Positions 32,731 to 42,203 of a DNA stretch of 57,111 nucleotides are shown in pieces. Position 1 is the first letter of the stretch; each line of letters starts with the position of its first letter. The stretch comes from an uncultured Bacteroidales bacterium. GTDB lineage: Bacteria > Bacteroidota > Bacteroidia > Bacteroidales > UBA10428. Position numbers and translations under genes: made by a program. The stretch lies in the NCBI GenBank assembly GCA_964569585.1, contig CAZMVE010000006.1, forward strand, positions 1 through 57,111, written 5' to 3'. The notes under the pieces are model-generated. The model was given only the letters and a program-made list of their open reading frames with translations. It searched no databases and had not been told where the DNA came from.

Positions 32731-33903
32731 TTAAAAGTTTATAATTTTGCCGGCGCCATCCGCTATTTTTACCCGGTATATTTCAGTTTCGATATTCGTC
32801 TTCAGTTTATATTCTGTTTCAATCATTCTGATAAAATTTTCAGTCCCTTCTTTTTTGACTAGGTTGATAGTACACCCGCCAAATCCACCACCCATCATCC
32901 TTGAACCCAGCACCTGGGTATCCTTGAGAGCAATATCGACTAATATATCCAATTCTTTGCAGCTCACCTCATATTCTTTACTAAGGCCATCATGGGTTTC
33001 GTACATCAGTTTACCAAATGTAGTAAAATCATTCCTTAATAATGCCTGACAGGCATTTTCAACCCGCATGATCTCATGAATTACATAATGGCAGCGTAGG
33101 AAGACATTTTGACCCATCAGGGGTTTTACTTCCTCAAGCATTTGAGGTTTAACGTCGCGAAGGGATTGTATATGAGAGAATTTTCGTTGTATAATATTAA
33201 CTCCTTTCTCACATTCGGCCCTCCGGATATTGTATTCCGATGAAGCAAGCGAGTGTTTGACTTTGGTATCGCAAAGAATGATATCGGCATCATTAGTTGT
33301 AAAGGGATAATGTTTATAGTCAAGACTCCGGCAGTCAAGTTTCATAACGTGATTTTCTTTACCAAAGATACTGGCAAATTGATCCATGATGCCGCACTTT
33401 ACTCCGGCATATTCATGCTCGGCTTTTTGTGCTATAAGTATGAGTTCCGAATTTGCAATTCCAAAATTATATTGATCGTTCAGGCAAATTGCAAAACCAC
33501 ATTCGAGAGCTGCCGATGAAGAAAGACCGGCACCCAGGGGAATATCACCTCCGAACACACAGTCGATACCACCTGGTGTTAATCCTCTTTTCTGAAATTG
33601 CACCGCAACACCCATAAGATAGTTTGCCCAATGGGTTTCGGTTTTTTTTAATTCATTGAGTCTAATCTCGAAGTATTCATCATAGTCAACTGAATAGAGG
33701 CGTAGCTTATTTAAAGTATTTTTGCCAGCGGCAAAATAGATTGCTTTATCGATAGCTGCCGGAAGCACGAAACCATCATTATAATCGGTATGTTCACCAA
33801 TAAGGTTTATCCTGCCTGGAGCTTTATACAGTGAAGGTTGTGACTTGAAGGTTGAGAGAAATTTTTCTTTGAGTGTCTGTAGTAATTCTGTGGTGTATGA
33901 CAT
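32731..33903 (-). CDS. galK: Galactokinase
   Basis: Galactokinase signature GRINLIGEHTDYNDGFVLP and GHMP ATP-binding motif PLGAGLSSSAALE. Confidence 0.93.
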   Translation of the reverse strand: MSYTTELLQTLKEKFLSTFKSQPSLYKAPGRINLIGEHTDYNDGFVLPAAIDKAIYFAAGKNTLNKLRLYSVDYDEYFEIRLNELKKTETHWANYLMGVAVQFQKRGLTPGGIDCVFGGDIPLGAGLSSSAALECGFAICLNDQYNFGIANSELILIAQKAEHEYAGVKCGIMDQFASIFGKENHVMKLDCRSLDYKHYPFTTNDADIILCDTKVKHSLASSEYNIRRAECEKGVNIIQRKFSHIQSLRDVKPQMLEEVKPLMGQNVFLRCHYVIHEIMRVENACQALLRNDFTTFGKLMYETHDGLSKEYEVSCKELDILVDIALKDTQVLGSRMMGGGFGGCTINLVKKEGTENFIRMIETEYKLKTNIETEIYRVKIADGAGKIINF

Positions 33904-34077
33904 TTAAAAAAACAGATTTTTTATTATATACTGGCTGGACGTAAATATATAAGAAAAATAGGAATAGGAAGGTTTGTATATTTGTTTTAATGGTGTGTAA
34001 AATCGTCTTTAATTCGCACCGGAAAGTCTCCCAAATAAATATCCGGTTTAATTTATATTTTGAAAAGGAACAGGGAA

Positions 34078-34617
34078 TTAAAAAGGTTTCCTGTCGAAAA
34101 ACGGATTTTTGCTACTAACACTAAGTGGGATTCCATAAATAATTTTTACATCCTCACCCAGCAGATTCATTTCTTTCACAGCTTGTCCAACCGTATACAT
34201 GATACGGTTATCGACCCGGTTGTCCATAGCAACACTCACAGCCGATCCGATGGCTATGCCCAGGTCGCCGGTGTTGAATACACAGGGTATGTCGGGGTGC
34301 TTGTCTTTTTCATCGCAATTTTCAAATCCGCACATATCACAAATTTTTAAGCGCATTGGATTTATCTTACTGCCCAAAAGCAGCATATAGGGTGCAGCCA
34401 GTATATTTTCTGCATCGCGTGCAAAGGAATGGGGCCATCCCCTTTTATCGACCAGTTCCATCATTTTTGCTGAGATAGAGGCAATGGTTTTTTCATCGGC
34501 GCAACTGATTACCATATTATCGATGCCCTTGCCTTTTGGAGCCGTACGGGCCGCAATCATCATTTTTAAGGCTATATCATGAATCGCGTTCTTACGAATT
34601 TCTTCTTCGGTCTTCAT
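34078..34617 (-). CDS. DUF2148-like ferredoxin-domain protein
   Basis: A 179-aa protein with AARTAPKGKGIDN and the Cys cluster CDMCGFENCDEK. The family call is from memory. Confidence 0.55.
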   Translation of the reverse strand: MKTEEEIRKNAIHDIALKMMIAARTAPKGKGIDNMVISCADEKTIASISAKMMELVDKRGWPHSFARDAENILAAPYMLLLGSKINPMRLKICDMCGFENCDEKDKHPDIPCVFNTGDLGIAIGSAVSVAMDNRVDNRIMYTVGQAVKEMNLLGEDVKIIYGIPLSVSSKNPFFDRKPF

Positions 34618-34670
34618 AGGTAGGTAGAGTTTGACAGTTGGTTACAAGCAGTGAAAATAGTAACAATTCT

Positions 34671-35759
34671 TTATTTATATGCTTCAATAGCAAGTGATTT
34701 GAAGAGGCACCAAATCTTTTTTCCGGGTTTCAGTTCCAATGAATTCCCCGAATCGAGTGTGAGTCGCGTTATAATTTGAATACCGCAATCGACAATACAT
34801 ACCAGGTGATTGTGATGCTGAAAAATGGTTTCGACCTTTCCCTGGAACTGATTTCGTATAGAGATATTCCCGACATGGGTTAAGGACAAGGCCACATCGG
34901 AACCCCGAAGCAAAACTTTCACCGGATCGCCGGGATGAAACATAAACTCATCACTTTCGATGTTAAAAATCAGGCTTTCTTTTTCATCCATCTGAACTTT
35001 CGTAATCCCTTTTTTCATAAGCGTTTCTGCTACCTTGCCTGTAAAAATGTTGTAGTAATTTTCACTGAGTCCGTCAAATTCTGGTATTTTTTTCCGGCGT
35101 ATTAACTCCAGGTAGGAGTCTGGTTGTTCCATCAAACCATCCTTGATCAACAGAAGGTTTTGGGTCAGCATCAGCAAATCTTTCAGTTCATGACTTACAA
35201 TTATAACGGGGATATTTAGAATATGGATCACCTTATTAAGCAAGGAAATGGCCTGTTTTTTAATAATCGGATCGAGAGAGGTGAAGGGTTCGTCCAGCAG
35301 GAGTAATTGCACATTACTCATGAGTGCCCTGCCGATAGCTACCCGTTGATTCTGTCCTCCCGATAGTTGACCTGGCCGGCTTTTTAGTAAAGCGCGCAAC
35401 TGAAGCAGATCAACTATTTCATCGAAATATTGTTGATTATGGGTATTCCTTTTCCAACCGTATTTCAGGTTGGTTTCAATACTTAAATGAGGGAAAATCC
35501 TTCCCTCCTGGAATACATATCCTACCCTGCGCTTGTGTGTCGGAACAAAAACTTTCGAACGGGTATCGAAACAGACCTGATCGTTAATGCACAGAAAGCC
35601 CTCACGAGGCTTTTGTAAACCGGCAAGTAGGTGTAGCAGGGTAGTCTTGCCGGCGCCCGAGGGGCCGAATACTCCGGTAACCCGGCTTGTAATTTCGCAG
35701 TTGCCTGAAAAGTTAAAATTTCCTTTTCTCAGTTTTGTATTTAGCGTAATATAAGCCAT
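34671..35759 (-). CDS. modC: Molybdate ABC transporter ATP-binding protein
   Basis: Walker A GPSGAGKTT, signature LSGGQNQRVAIGRAL, Walker B LLLDEP, and a C-terminal TOBE-like domain. It lies downstream of modA-modB. Confidence 0.85.
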   Translation of the reverse strand: MAYITLNTKLRKGNFNFSGNCEITSRVTGVFGPSGAGKTTLLHLLAGLQKPREGFLCINDQVCFDTRSKVFVPTHKRRVGYVFQEGRIFPHLSIETNLKYGWKRNTHNQQYFDEIVDLLQLRALLKSRPGQLSGGQNQRVAIGRALMSNVQLLLLDEPFTSLDPIIKKQAISLLNKVIHILNIPVIIVSHELKDLLMLTQNLLLIKDGLMEQPDSYLELIRRKKIPEFDGLSENYYNIFTGKVAETLMKKGITKVQMDEKESLIFNIESDEFMFHPGDPVKVLLRGSDVALSLTHVGNISIRNQFQGKVETIFQHHNHLVCIVDCGIQIITRLTLDSGNSLELKPGKKIWCLFKSLAIEAYK

Positions 35760-35761
35760 AA

Positions 35762-36472
35762 TCAGTGTTTCCCCTTCACTTTTTTATTCAGATATTCAGC
35801 AAGAACCATAGCAATAAGAGAGATTATGGCTGAAAAAATTACCAGCCGCAGGGTGGCGCCTTCTTTACCGGGTACCTGCATTAAGGAATAGACGGCCAGT
35901 GCAATGGTTTGTGTTTCACCTTCAATGTTTCCGGCAAATGTAATGGTAGCTCCAAATTCGCCCAGGCACCGTGCAAAACCTAAAACGAGGCCGCTGATTA
36001 TTCCCGGCAAAGCCAGAGGAAATGTAATACTGAAGAATGTCAGAAATGGCGATACACCTAATGTACGGGAGGCATCCTCCATTCGCCTGTCGACCATTTC
36101 AATAGCTGTGCGGATCGACCGCGTAACAAGCGGGAAAGACACTATGATGCTGGCTATTATGGCCGATGTTTGATTAAATGCCAGCCGTATTCCAAATGTC
36201 CGGTATAGCCAACTTCCGATAAATCCTTGTGTTCCCAGTATTATTAAAAGCAGGTAGCCAGTTGTGACCGGCGGCATAACGAGAGGAAGATGGATGATAC
36301 CTTCGATCAGCGATTTTCCCCGGAAATTGCTCCTGGCCATACCCCGGCCAATGAATAGTGCAAAGGGAAACGATATTACCGAACTGATTACTGCAACTTT
36401 AAGGGATAGCAGAACAGCCGAAATTTCGGCAGGAGTAATTGAGATAAACGATATGAAACACAAAAAACTCAT
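35762..36472 (-). CDS. modB: Molybdate ABC transporter permease
   Basis: A 236-aa protein with the EAA-loop region (MEDASRTLGVSPFLTFFSITFPLALPG) and LPLVMPPVTTGY typical of ModB/CysTW permeases. Confidence 0.88.
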   Translation of the reverse strand: MSFLCFISFISITPAEISAVLLSLKVAVISSVISFPFALFIGRGMARSNFRGKSLIEGIIHLPLVMPPVTTGYLLLIILGTQGFIGSWLYRTFGIRLAFNQTSAIIASIIVSFPLVTRSIRTAIEMVDRRMEDASRTLGVSPFLTFFSITFPLALPGIISGLVLGFARCLGEFGATITFAGNIEGETQTIALAVYSLMQVPGKEGATLRLVIFSAIISLIAMVLAEYLNKKVKGKH

Positions 36473-37245
36473 GGTTTTATGCTTGTATCAAGCGAAGTAA
36501 AACCATTCTTTATCCAAATGGTTTGCATGGTCTCATCGGAAAGCAGGTTATAAAATTCTCTTGAGGCCTTAGTAGCATTTTTTGTCAGTAATGCGTAGAG
36601 AATTGCAGGCTGATAACTTCCTTCCGGAAATGTACCAAGTATTTTTACTTTACTCGATTGAATGGCATCGGAATAATAGACAATTCCCAGCTCGCATTCA
36701 CCCATTTCCACTACCATGAGTGCCGATCGAACATCTTTGGCCGGGAGAATTCTGTTTTCAACAGCCTGATACCAACCCAGTGCTGAGAGTGCCTGATATG
36801 CATACATACCAGCCGGAACATGAGCCGGATCGCCCATTGAAAGGTAGCCCTTAAACAATTGAGCAATCGGCTTATTAAAAATGATAGTATCAAGTTTACT
36901 TAACTTGGGTGCAATAATGACCAGTTTGTTTTTGTATAAAGGTTTTGGTGGGTTGAACAGATTCAGGCTATCAACATAACTGGCCCATTCTTCATTGGCC
37001 GAAATAAATATATCGGCAACATTTCCTTGTTCGATCTGACGGGCCAGCGTGCCACTTGAGGCTAAGTTAAGTTTTACTGTGGCCGTATTATGCAACATAA
37101 AACTATCCTTCAATTCTGTGATTACATTAGTCAGACTGGCTGCACAAAATACCATTACTTTATTGCCGTTTTTATTGTACGATGATTTACAATTCATCAG
37201 AAAGATTGGAATCATCAGGCAATATAGTAAATGGGAGGGCTTCAT
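36469..37245 (-). CDS. modA: Molybdate ABC transporter substrate-binding protein
   Basis: Signal/lipoprotein N terminus, VFCAASL...LASSGTLARQIEQGNVADIFISAN, 258 aa. It overlaps the modB start by 4 nt. Confidence 0.85.
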   Translation of the reverse strand: MKPSHLLYCLMIPIFLMNCKSSYNKNGNKVMVFCAASLTNVITELKDSFMLHNTATVKLNLASSGTLARQIEQGNVADIFISANEEWASYVDSLNLFNPPKPLYKNKLVIIAPKLSKLDTIIFNKPIAQLFKGYLSMGDPAHVPAGMYAYQALSALGWYQAVENRILPAKDVRSALMVVEMGECELGIVYYSDAIQSSKVKILGTFPEGSYQPAILYALLTKNATKASREFYNLLSDETMQTIWIKNGFTSLDTSIKP

Positions 37246-37403
37246 TCTATCGAAGGTATTAATAATTGAGAATTAATCATCTTAATTATTTAACATGCTA
37301 TTTGATGAATATGGCAGAATATACCCTAAAATTCAACAGAATAATAACCAGGTAAAAATGATGATTATTTACTTTCATGACATATTTTAATATTGTATCA
37401 TAA

Positions 37404-39311
37404 ATGAAACAATATATTTCTGCAATACTACTTATTTCGATATCCTTATCCGATTTCCTCTTATCGCAGGATGGTTTAATTATACAGGAGAATACGGTTG
37501 GAATTTGTACCATGGATGGAGTAGTAGAATCGAATGCTGATGGTTACACTGGTGATGGTTATGCAAATATTAATGATGGTGTTGGCGTAGGTATGAGTTG
37601 GAGTTTTGATGTTCCGGAAGCAGGCATCTACGATTTCTATTGGAGATATGCCCTCGGTGGCTCGGATCAAACGAGCCGGGATGGAAAGTTAATGGTCAAC
37701 AATTTATATACTTCCGATACTGTCAGATTTACTCATTCAGGATCGATATCATGGTCGGTATGGATTACTACCGATACTTTTTCTGTATCATTGAATGCCG
37801 GTCATAATACAGTGCGTCTTGTTTCCATTAAACATAAGGGTTTACCTAATATCGATTATTTTCACATTTTTGGTAGTGGAATTGTTCCTTCCGAATGTGT
37901 TCCTTCCTATACTTTCAATATAGGTATTAACAACCCCGATGCCGGATCAGTTGATTATTCTCCTATTCAGGAATATTACGATCAGGGAACCGAAATTACT
38001 ATTTCGGCAACAAACAATCCGGGATATTTCTTTCATAGCTGGTCAGGCGAAGCTGCAAGTATAAATAGTGAACATTCGTTTGTGATTGAAACTAACATCA
38101 CTATGACAGCATTATTTTATCCTGATGGAATAGAAATGGATAGTAATGCCATTGGTTATGCAACCCTGCAACACGATAACGGGACACCTTATTTACTGAT
38201 TGGGGGATCACTTGGTGAAACTGTTCAGGCCAATACATTGGAGGATCTGCAGTTGTACATGGAGGCCGAAGAAGCTTATATAGTTGAGTTGTCAGAGCAT
38301 ATACAGGGGCTCAATACAGAGGAGATCAGGATATCGTCTCATAAAACTTTAATAGGCACTTCAGAGAATGCACACATTGAAGGTATACGAGTAAGCTTGA
38401 ACGCAGCACAGAATGTCATAATCCGGAATATAAAATTCTCGGGAGTGATACAATTCGATGAAATTGAGATAAACGGAGGCTCAAAAAATATCTGGATTGA
38501 CCATTGCGAGTTTTTCACCGACCTCGATCATGATATTGATTACTACGACGGATTGCTTGATATTAAAAATCAATCTTCGTTTATTACGATTTCCTGGTCG
38601 AAGTTTCACGACCATCAAAAATGTATTCTTATTAGTTCAGGCGATCAGGAGGTACAGGATACGGTGATCAGGATAACGTTCCATCATAATTACTTCTATA
38701 ATTGTAATTCGCGTTTACCAAGTATCCGGTTCGGGGAAGCACATATATTTAATAATCTTTATTATAATGCTGAAACCGCAATAAATTCTCGAATGGAAGC
38801 ATGCGTTAGAGTTGAGAGGAATTATTTTAAAGATGTTGGAATGGGTGTTGGCATGCTTTATAGTCCGGTTCCGGGAGCGGTACAATTAATTGATAATATT
38901 TTTAGTAATACCGATTTTATGGATTCACCCACTTGTGAATTGGATGTTCCGTATGACTATTCTTCCTTTCTACACGATACAGAAGATTTACCAGATACGA
39001 TTCCTGCAGGTACTTCAGGTCCTGAAATACCGGTTTTTTTACAAGATATTTCTAATGATTATCAGTTTACTGTTTACCCTAATCCCACTGATGGGATACT
39101 TAAAATAGAAGCGCAAATACCAAACGAATCAACTCTTGTAATTTCGATATATAATGTCCTCGGGCAGGAACAAAAAATAATAAAATATGAAGGATTGGGT
39201 GAGGACTCGAATCTGCAGGAAATAGATCTTTCTGCATTATCTCCCGGAATATTTATTCTTAAGGCAAGGATTGATGATAAAGTCTTTCTTGCAAAGATAA
39301 TGAGACATTAA
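37404..39311 (+). CDS. Secreted pectate lyase (PL1) with an N-terminal CBM6/35-like module, an InlB-B-repeat-like module and a T9SS C-terminal sorting domain
   Basis: PL1 motifs are IWIDHCEF, DGLLDIKNQSSFITISWSKFHDH and RLPSIRFGEAHIFNNLYY. The C terminus (TVYPNPTDGILKIEA...IFILKARIDDKVFLAKIM) is T9SS CTD-like. Confidence 0.8.
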   Translation: MKQYISAILLISISLSDFLLSQDGLIIQENTVGICTMDGVVESNADGYTGDGYANINDGVGVGMSWSFDVPEAGIYDFYWRYALGGSDQTSRDGKLMVNNLYTSDTVRFTHSGSISWSVWITTDTFSVSLNAGHNTVRLVSIKHKGLPNIDYFHIFGSGIVPSECVPSYTFNIGINNPDAGSVDYSPIQEYYDQGTEITISATNNPGYFFHSWSGEAASINSEHSFVIETNITMTALFYPDGIEMDSNAIGYATLQHDNGTPYLLIGGSLGETVQANTLEDLQLYMEAEEAYIVELSEHIQGLNTEEIRISSHKTLIGTSENAHIEGIRVSLNAAQNVIIRNIKFSGVIQFDEIEINGGSKNIWIDHCEFFTDLDHDIDYYDGLLDIKNQSSFITISWSKFHDHQKCILISSGDQEVQDTVIRITFHHNYFYNCNSRLPSIRFGEAHIFNNLYYNAETAINSRMEACVRVERNYFKDVGMGVGMLYSPVPGAVQLIDNIFSNTDFMDSPTCELDVPYDYSSFLHDTEDLPDTIPAGTSGPEIPVFLQDISNDYQFTVYPNPTDGILKIEAQIPNESTLVISIYNVLGQEQKIIKYEGLGEDSNLQEIDLSALSPGIFILKARIDDKVFLAKIMRH

Positions 39312-39379
39312 ATCATTATTCCAGATAAGGAAGGACTCTGTTAAATCCAAATAGACTTTAAAATATCACCAGAGAGTTA

Positions 39380-40183
39380 TTATTTCTTTTTATGGTATAA
39401 AAAATCTCCAATTCTCCGCATCCGTGCCAGCTCATCTTCATTCATGGGCCCAAGTTCAAGTAATTTAAGATTTTCATGCATTTGTTCGATGGTTTTAGAA
39501 CCTGTCAAACACAGATCAACAGCCGGGTTTGAAAGTACAAACCGGTAGCAATCGGATGCAGTAGGGGTGGTCTCTCCTTCAGGCATTCTTTTCTGATCGA
39601 GGAGCTGCCCCCAGCTTGTGGCCGTGTAGGCTACAATACCTGTTCGTTTAGCAGTCTGCAGATGAGGGAATACATCGGTTTCAGCTCCCCGGTGAACAGC
39701 ATTGTAGCGTATATGAAATACATCGAAAATATTTCTTTTATCGAGTTCAGGAAACAATTTCCGGTTATGTCCGGTCATACCAATAAATCGTATAAGACCC
39801 TTTTCTTTTAATTTCATGGCACTATCCAGAACTGATTTAGCAGGGTTCCAGCTATAATAGCCAAGCAACATAATATCGATATAATCAACTCCGAGTTGTT
39901 TCAGACTTCTTTTCATGAAATATTTGTTCATGAAAGCATTATGACCATAACTGTGCATAGCAATTACCAGCTGGTCACGTTTCCCGGCTTTCACAATGTT
40001 TCTGATAGCCTCGCGCATTTGTGACGAGCGGCCCTTAATAAATGTGTTCCACACAAAATAATTACACCCGTGTTCAAAGGCTTCTTCAAATGCTTTTGCA
40101 GGCGCTCCATAACTCGAGGCAATGCCGAGACGCCCGACCTGAAGGTTAGTTTTACCCATTAATCGTTTTTCCGAAAATTTCAT
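39380..40183 (-). CDS. Aldo/keto reductase family oxidoreductase
   Basis: A 267-aa protein with LGVDYIDIMLLGYYS and IGMTGHN segments typical of AKR proteins. Confidence 0.8.
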   Translation of the reverse strand: MKFSEKRLMGKTNLQVGRLGIASSYGAPAKAFEEAFEHGCNYFVWNTFIKGRSSQMREAIRNIVKAGKRDQLVIAMHSYGHNAFMNKYFMKRSLKQLGVDYIDIMLLGYYSWNPAKSVLDSAMKLKEKGLIRFIGMTGHNRKLFPELDKRNIFDVFHIRYNAVHRGAETDVFPHLQTAKRTGIVAYTATSWGQLLDQKRMPEGETTPTASDCYRFVLSNPAVDLCLTGSKTIEQMHENLKLLELGPMNEDELARMRRIGDFLYHKKK

Positions 40184-40342
40184 AAGGGTATTATTTGGAA
40201 GTTGGTACTAGTAAGTTAATTTTTACGTTTAAAGATAGGAAGATTATAAAAGGGGTAGTTTTATTGGATAGAGTATTTTTGTTAGGATTTGTAAATTATT
40301 CTGAAGTTTATGACATTTACCGGCAAATCATCAGATACTATC

Positions 40343-40546
40343 ATGAAGAAGTTTTTGTTATTCCGATATGGGTTTATTTTCCTGTTTCTTTTAAATATAG
40401 TTATGTTATCAGGGTGTGAGGCGAAAATAGACTGTACGGGTTGTGATAAAGAAGCCCCCTGGTCAAATATTGAATCGGACTACTGTTATCCTACGAAAGC
40501 TCAATGCGAAGCCACAGAAGGAAAAGAATGTGAGAAGTGTAATTAA
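40343..40546 (+). CDS. Small Cys-rich putative lipoprotein (67 aa)
   Basis: MKKFLLFRYGFIFLFLLNIVMLSGC lipobox, followed by a 43-aa mature part containing 6 further Cys (CTGCDKE...CYPTKAQCEATEGKECEKCN). Confidence 0.4.
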   Translation: MKKFLLFRYGFIFLFLLNIVMLSGCEAKIDCTGCDKEAPWSNIESDYCYPTKAQCEATEGKECEKCN

Positions 40547-40619
40547 TTCGAAAGTATTTCCAGGTTATATTTTCGCTTAACTGTAGACATGGTTTTATAT
40601 TAAAAATTTCAGACACCAA

Positions 40620-41204
40620 CTAAATCGTTTTTCCTTCCTCGTATTCCCGTAAAGGTTTTTGTTCCACCCGTATCAGGTTTTGAATGGTATAGCCCCTTTC
40701 TCTCGCTTGTTCAACCAGCTTTGTATAAATTTCTTCCGGCATGTAGGGTCGCCGGCATAAAATCCAGAGGTAGTTGGATGAGGAGCTGCCTACCAATGCA
40801 TATTCATAGTTAACCGTATCCAATTCAAGCACTAAGTAATCGGCATAAAAGAATAGAAAAAAAGATACTTTCAGATGTCCGACACCGGTTGTATCGGCAA
40901 TTTTAGCTTTACCTACTATGGTCTTGTACTTTCCTTTGAACGACTCTTTATAACCGGCATTTTCTACTTTGATCTTACCGTCGCTCCGGAGCGAGTATCT
41001 TGCGGTAACACCAATAAGACCTTTTTCAAAGGAATGTGGAAAACGGGCTATTTCATACCATGTACCCAGGTACCGGTTTAATTCGAAATTTGTAACAGGT
41101 TTATTATCAATCAACTTTTTATCGGCATTATTGGCGTTAATACACGAAATAAAACTAATCAGAACACTTATTATGAATGTTTTCATTAATTTTTTACTCA
41201 TCAT
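40620..41204 (-). CDS. blc: Bacterial lipocalin (Blc-like outer-membrane lipoprotein)
   Basis: Lipobox (LISFISC) and lipocalin signature LNRYLGTWYEIARFPHSFEKG...YLWILCR. Confidence 0.85.
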   Translation of the reverse strand: MMSKKLMKTFIISVLISFISCINANNADKKLIDNKPVTNFELNRYLGTWYEIARFPHSFEKGLIGVTARYSLRSDGKIKVENAGYKESFKGKYKTIVGKAKIADTTGVGHLKVSFFLFFYADYLVLELDTVNYEYALVGSSSSNYLWILCRRPYMPEEIYTKLVEQARERGYTIQNLIRVEQKPLREYEEGKTI

Positions 41205-41491
41205 TTGGGTTAAGTTATGATAAATTTATCATTCACTGTACTCCTTCGTTGTAAATGATTTTTAAAATTATCTTTTCCGTATGACGGAAGCTGATTTCTC
41301 TGAAGTTGAACTTGTATCTTACTTATGATAAGCAAAAGGAGGGATGCTTCCAAAGGCTTGGTACTGAATCTGGATAGGTGTACTACGATAACAGAAGAGA
41401 GAAAAAAAATAATGTAACGAGTTGGCAGGGATTGAAAATCAGGCTGCCGGAGCTGCCTATAGGTGAGAACAACTAATTACCGGTATCTCAA

Positions 41492-41938
41492 TCAGTCGTT
41501 TTTTCCCAGAAAAAGTTGAGTATCATTCATCCAGAGGGAAGGTTTCATCATCCAACTTTCGATGGCATATTCTTCCGAATCGTCAATCAGGATATCTTCC
41601 CAGAAAGTACTATGAACATCATACATCCATTTTTCGAGACTCATTTCGTTTTCCTGCCAGAAAAAATTATCCGGATTCAACATCCAGTTCTCAATTTCCA
41701 TTTCATTTTCCGATGCTTCTAAAAGATATGAAGCATTGTAATAAAGTGCATCTGATTTGCCTGCATTTTCGGCTTCCTGAATATGCATCTCTTTTTTCCG
41801 GACTGCTTTTCCCGAATCGGAACAGATTTCATCATCTCCTTCCGAAGCCATTACAAAGGGCTGGATAAAAAGAAAGACAAGTCCTGTTACTAAGACCAGT
41901 CCGATTTTTTTGCCTGGGGTTAAACTTTTATTGCACAT
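41492..41938 (-). CDS. Hypothetical secreted/membrane-anchored acidic protein with repeated E-x-W-M motifs
   Basis: N-terminal hydrophobic segment, then IENWMLNPDNFFWQENEMSLEKWMYDVHSTFWED...AIESWMMKPSLWMND (three [ES]-x-WM units). Confidence 0.45.
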   Translation of the reverse strand: MCNKSLTPGKKIGLVLVTGLVFLFIQPFVMASEGDDEICSDSGKAVRKKEMHIQEAENAGKSDALYYNASYLLEASENEMEIENWMLNPDNFFWQENEMSLEKWMYDVHSTFWEDILIDDSEEYAIESWMMKPSLWMNDTQLFLGKND

Positions 41939-42147
41939 GGTTTATAGTTATTAATGAGTTGTCCCAAATAATTCATTAAGTATGCCAAATATTCCAACTT
42001 ACATCATATCAGAATTTTATATGTAAAAATAAGAAAGGAGAGAGTGGCAACAATTGATCGGTAATCTGACAATCGGTGTACGTATCCGTACATCAAGTTT
42101 CAAAAAAGCGAAGAACTTTATTTATGATTGATAGATATAAAACAACA

Positions 42148-42182
42148 AACCCGCACTTTTCTGCAAGGATAAAAGGCGGGTT
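42148..42182 (-). terminator. Probable rho-independent terminator of the xylanase gene
   Basis: On the minus strand, AACCCGCC...(inner CTTTT/AAAAG pairing)...GCGGGTT is followed by TGTTGTTTT. It lies 22 nt after the stop. Confidence 0.5.
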
Positions 42183-42203
42183 CGGAATATGAGTAAGGAA
42201 TTG

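Noticed and set aside
37246-37403. A possible molybdenum-cofactor riboswitch upstream of modA.
   Set aside because: The leader is AT-rich and lacks the GC-rich conserved stems and loops of the Moco motif as I remember them. No convincing structure was seen.
40195-40419. ORF 40195-40419(+) and ORF 4063-4296(+) as small genes in promoter regions.
   Set aside because: Both have an AT-rich, low-complexity composition. They overlap the starts of better-supported neighbours (the 40343 lipoprotein candidate and ORF 3649-4140) or lie in their upstream regions. They are likely non-coding.
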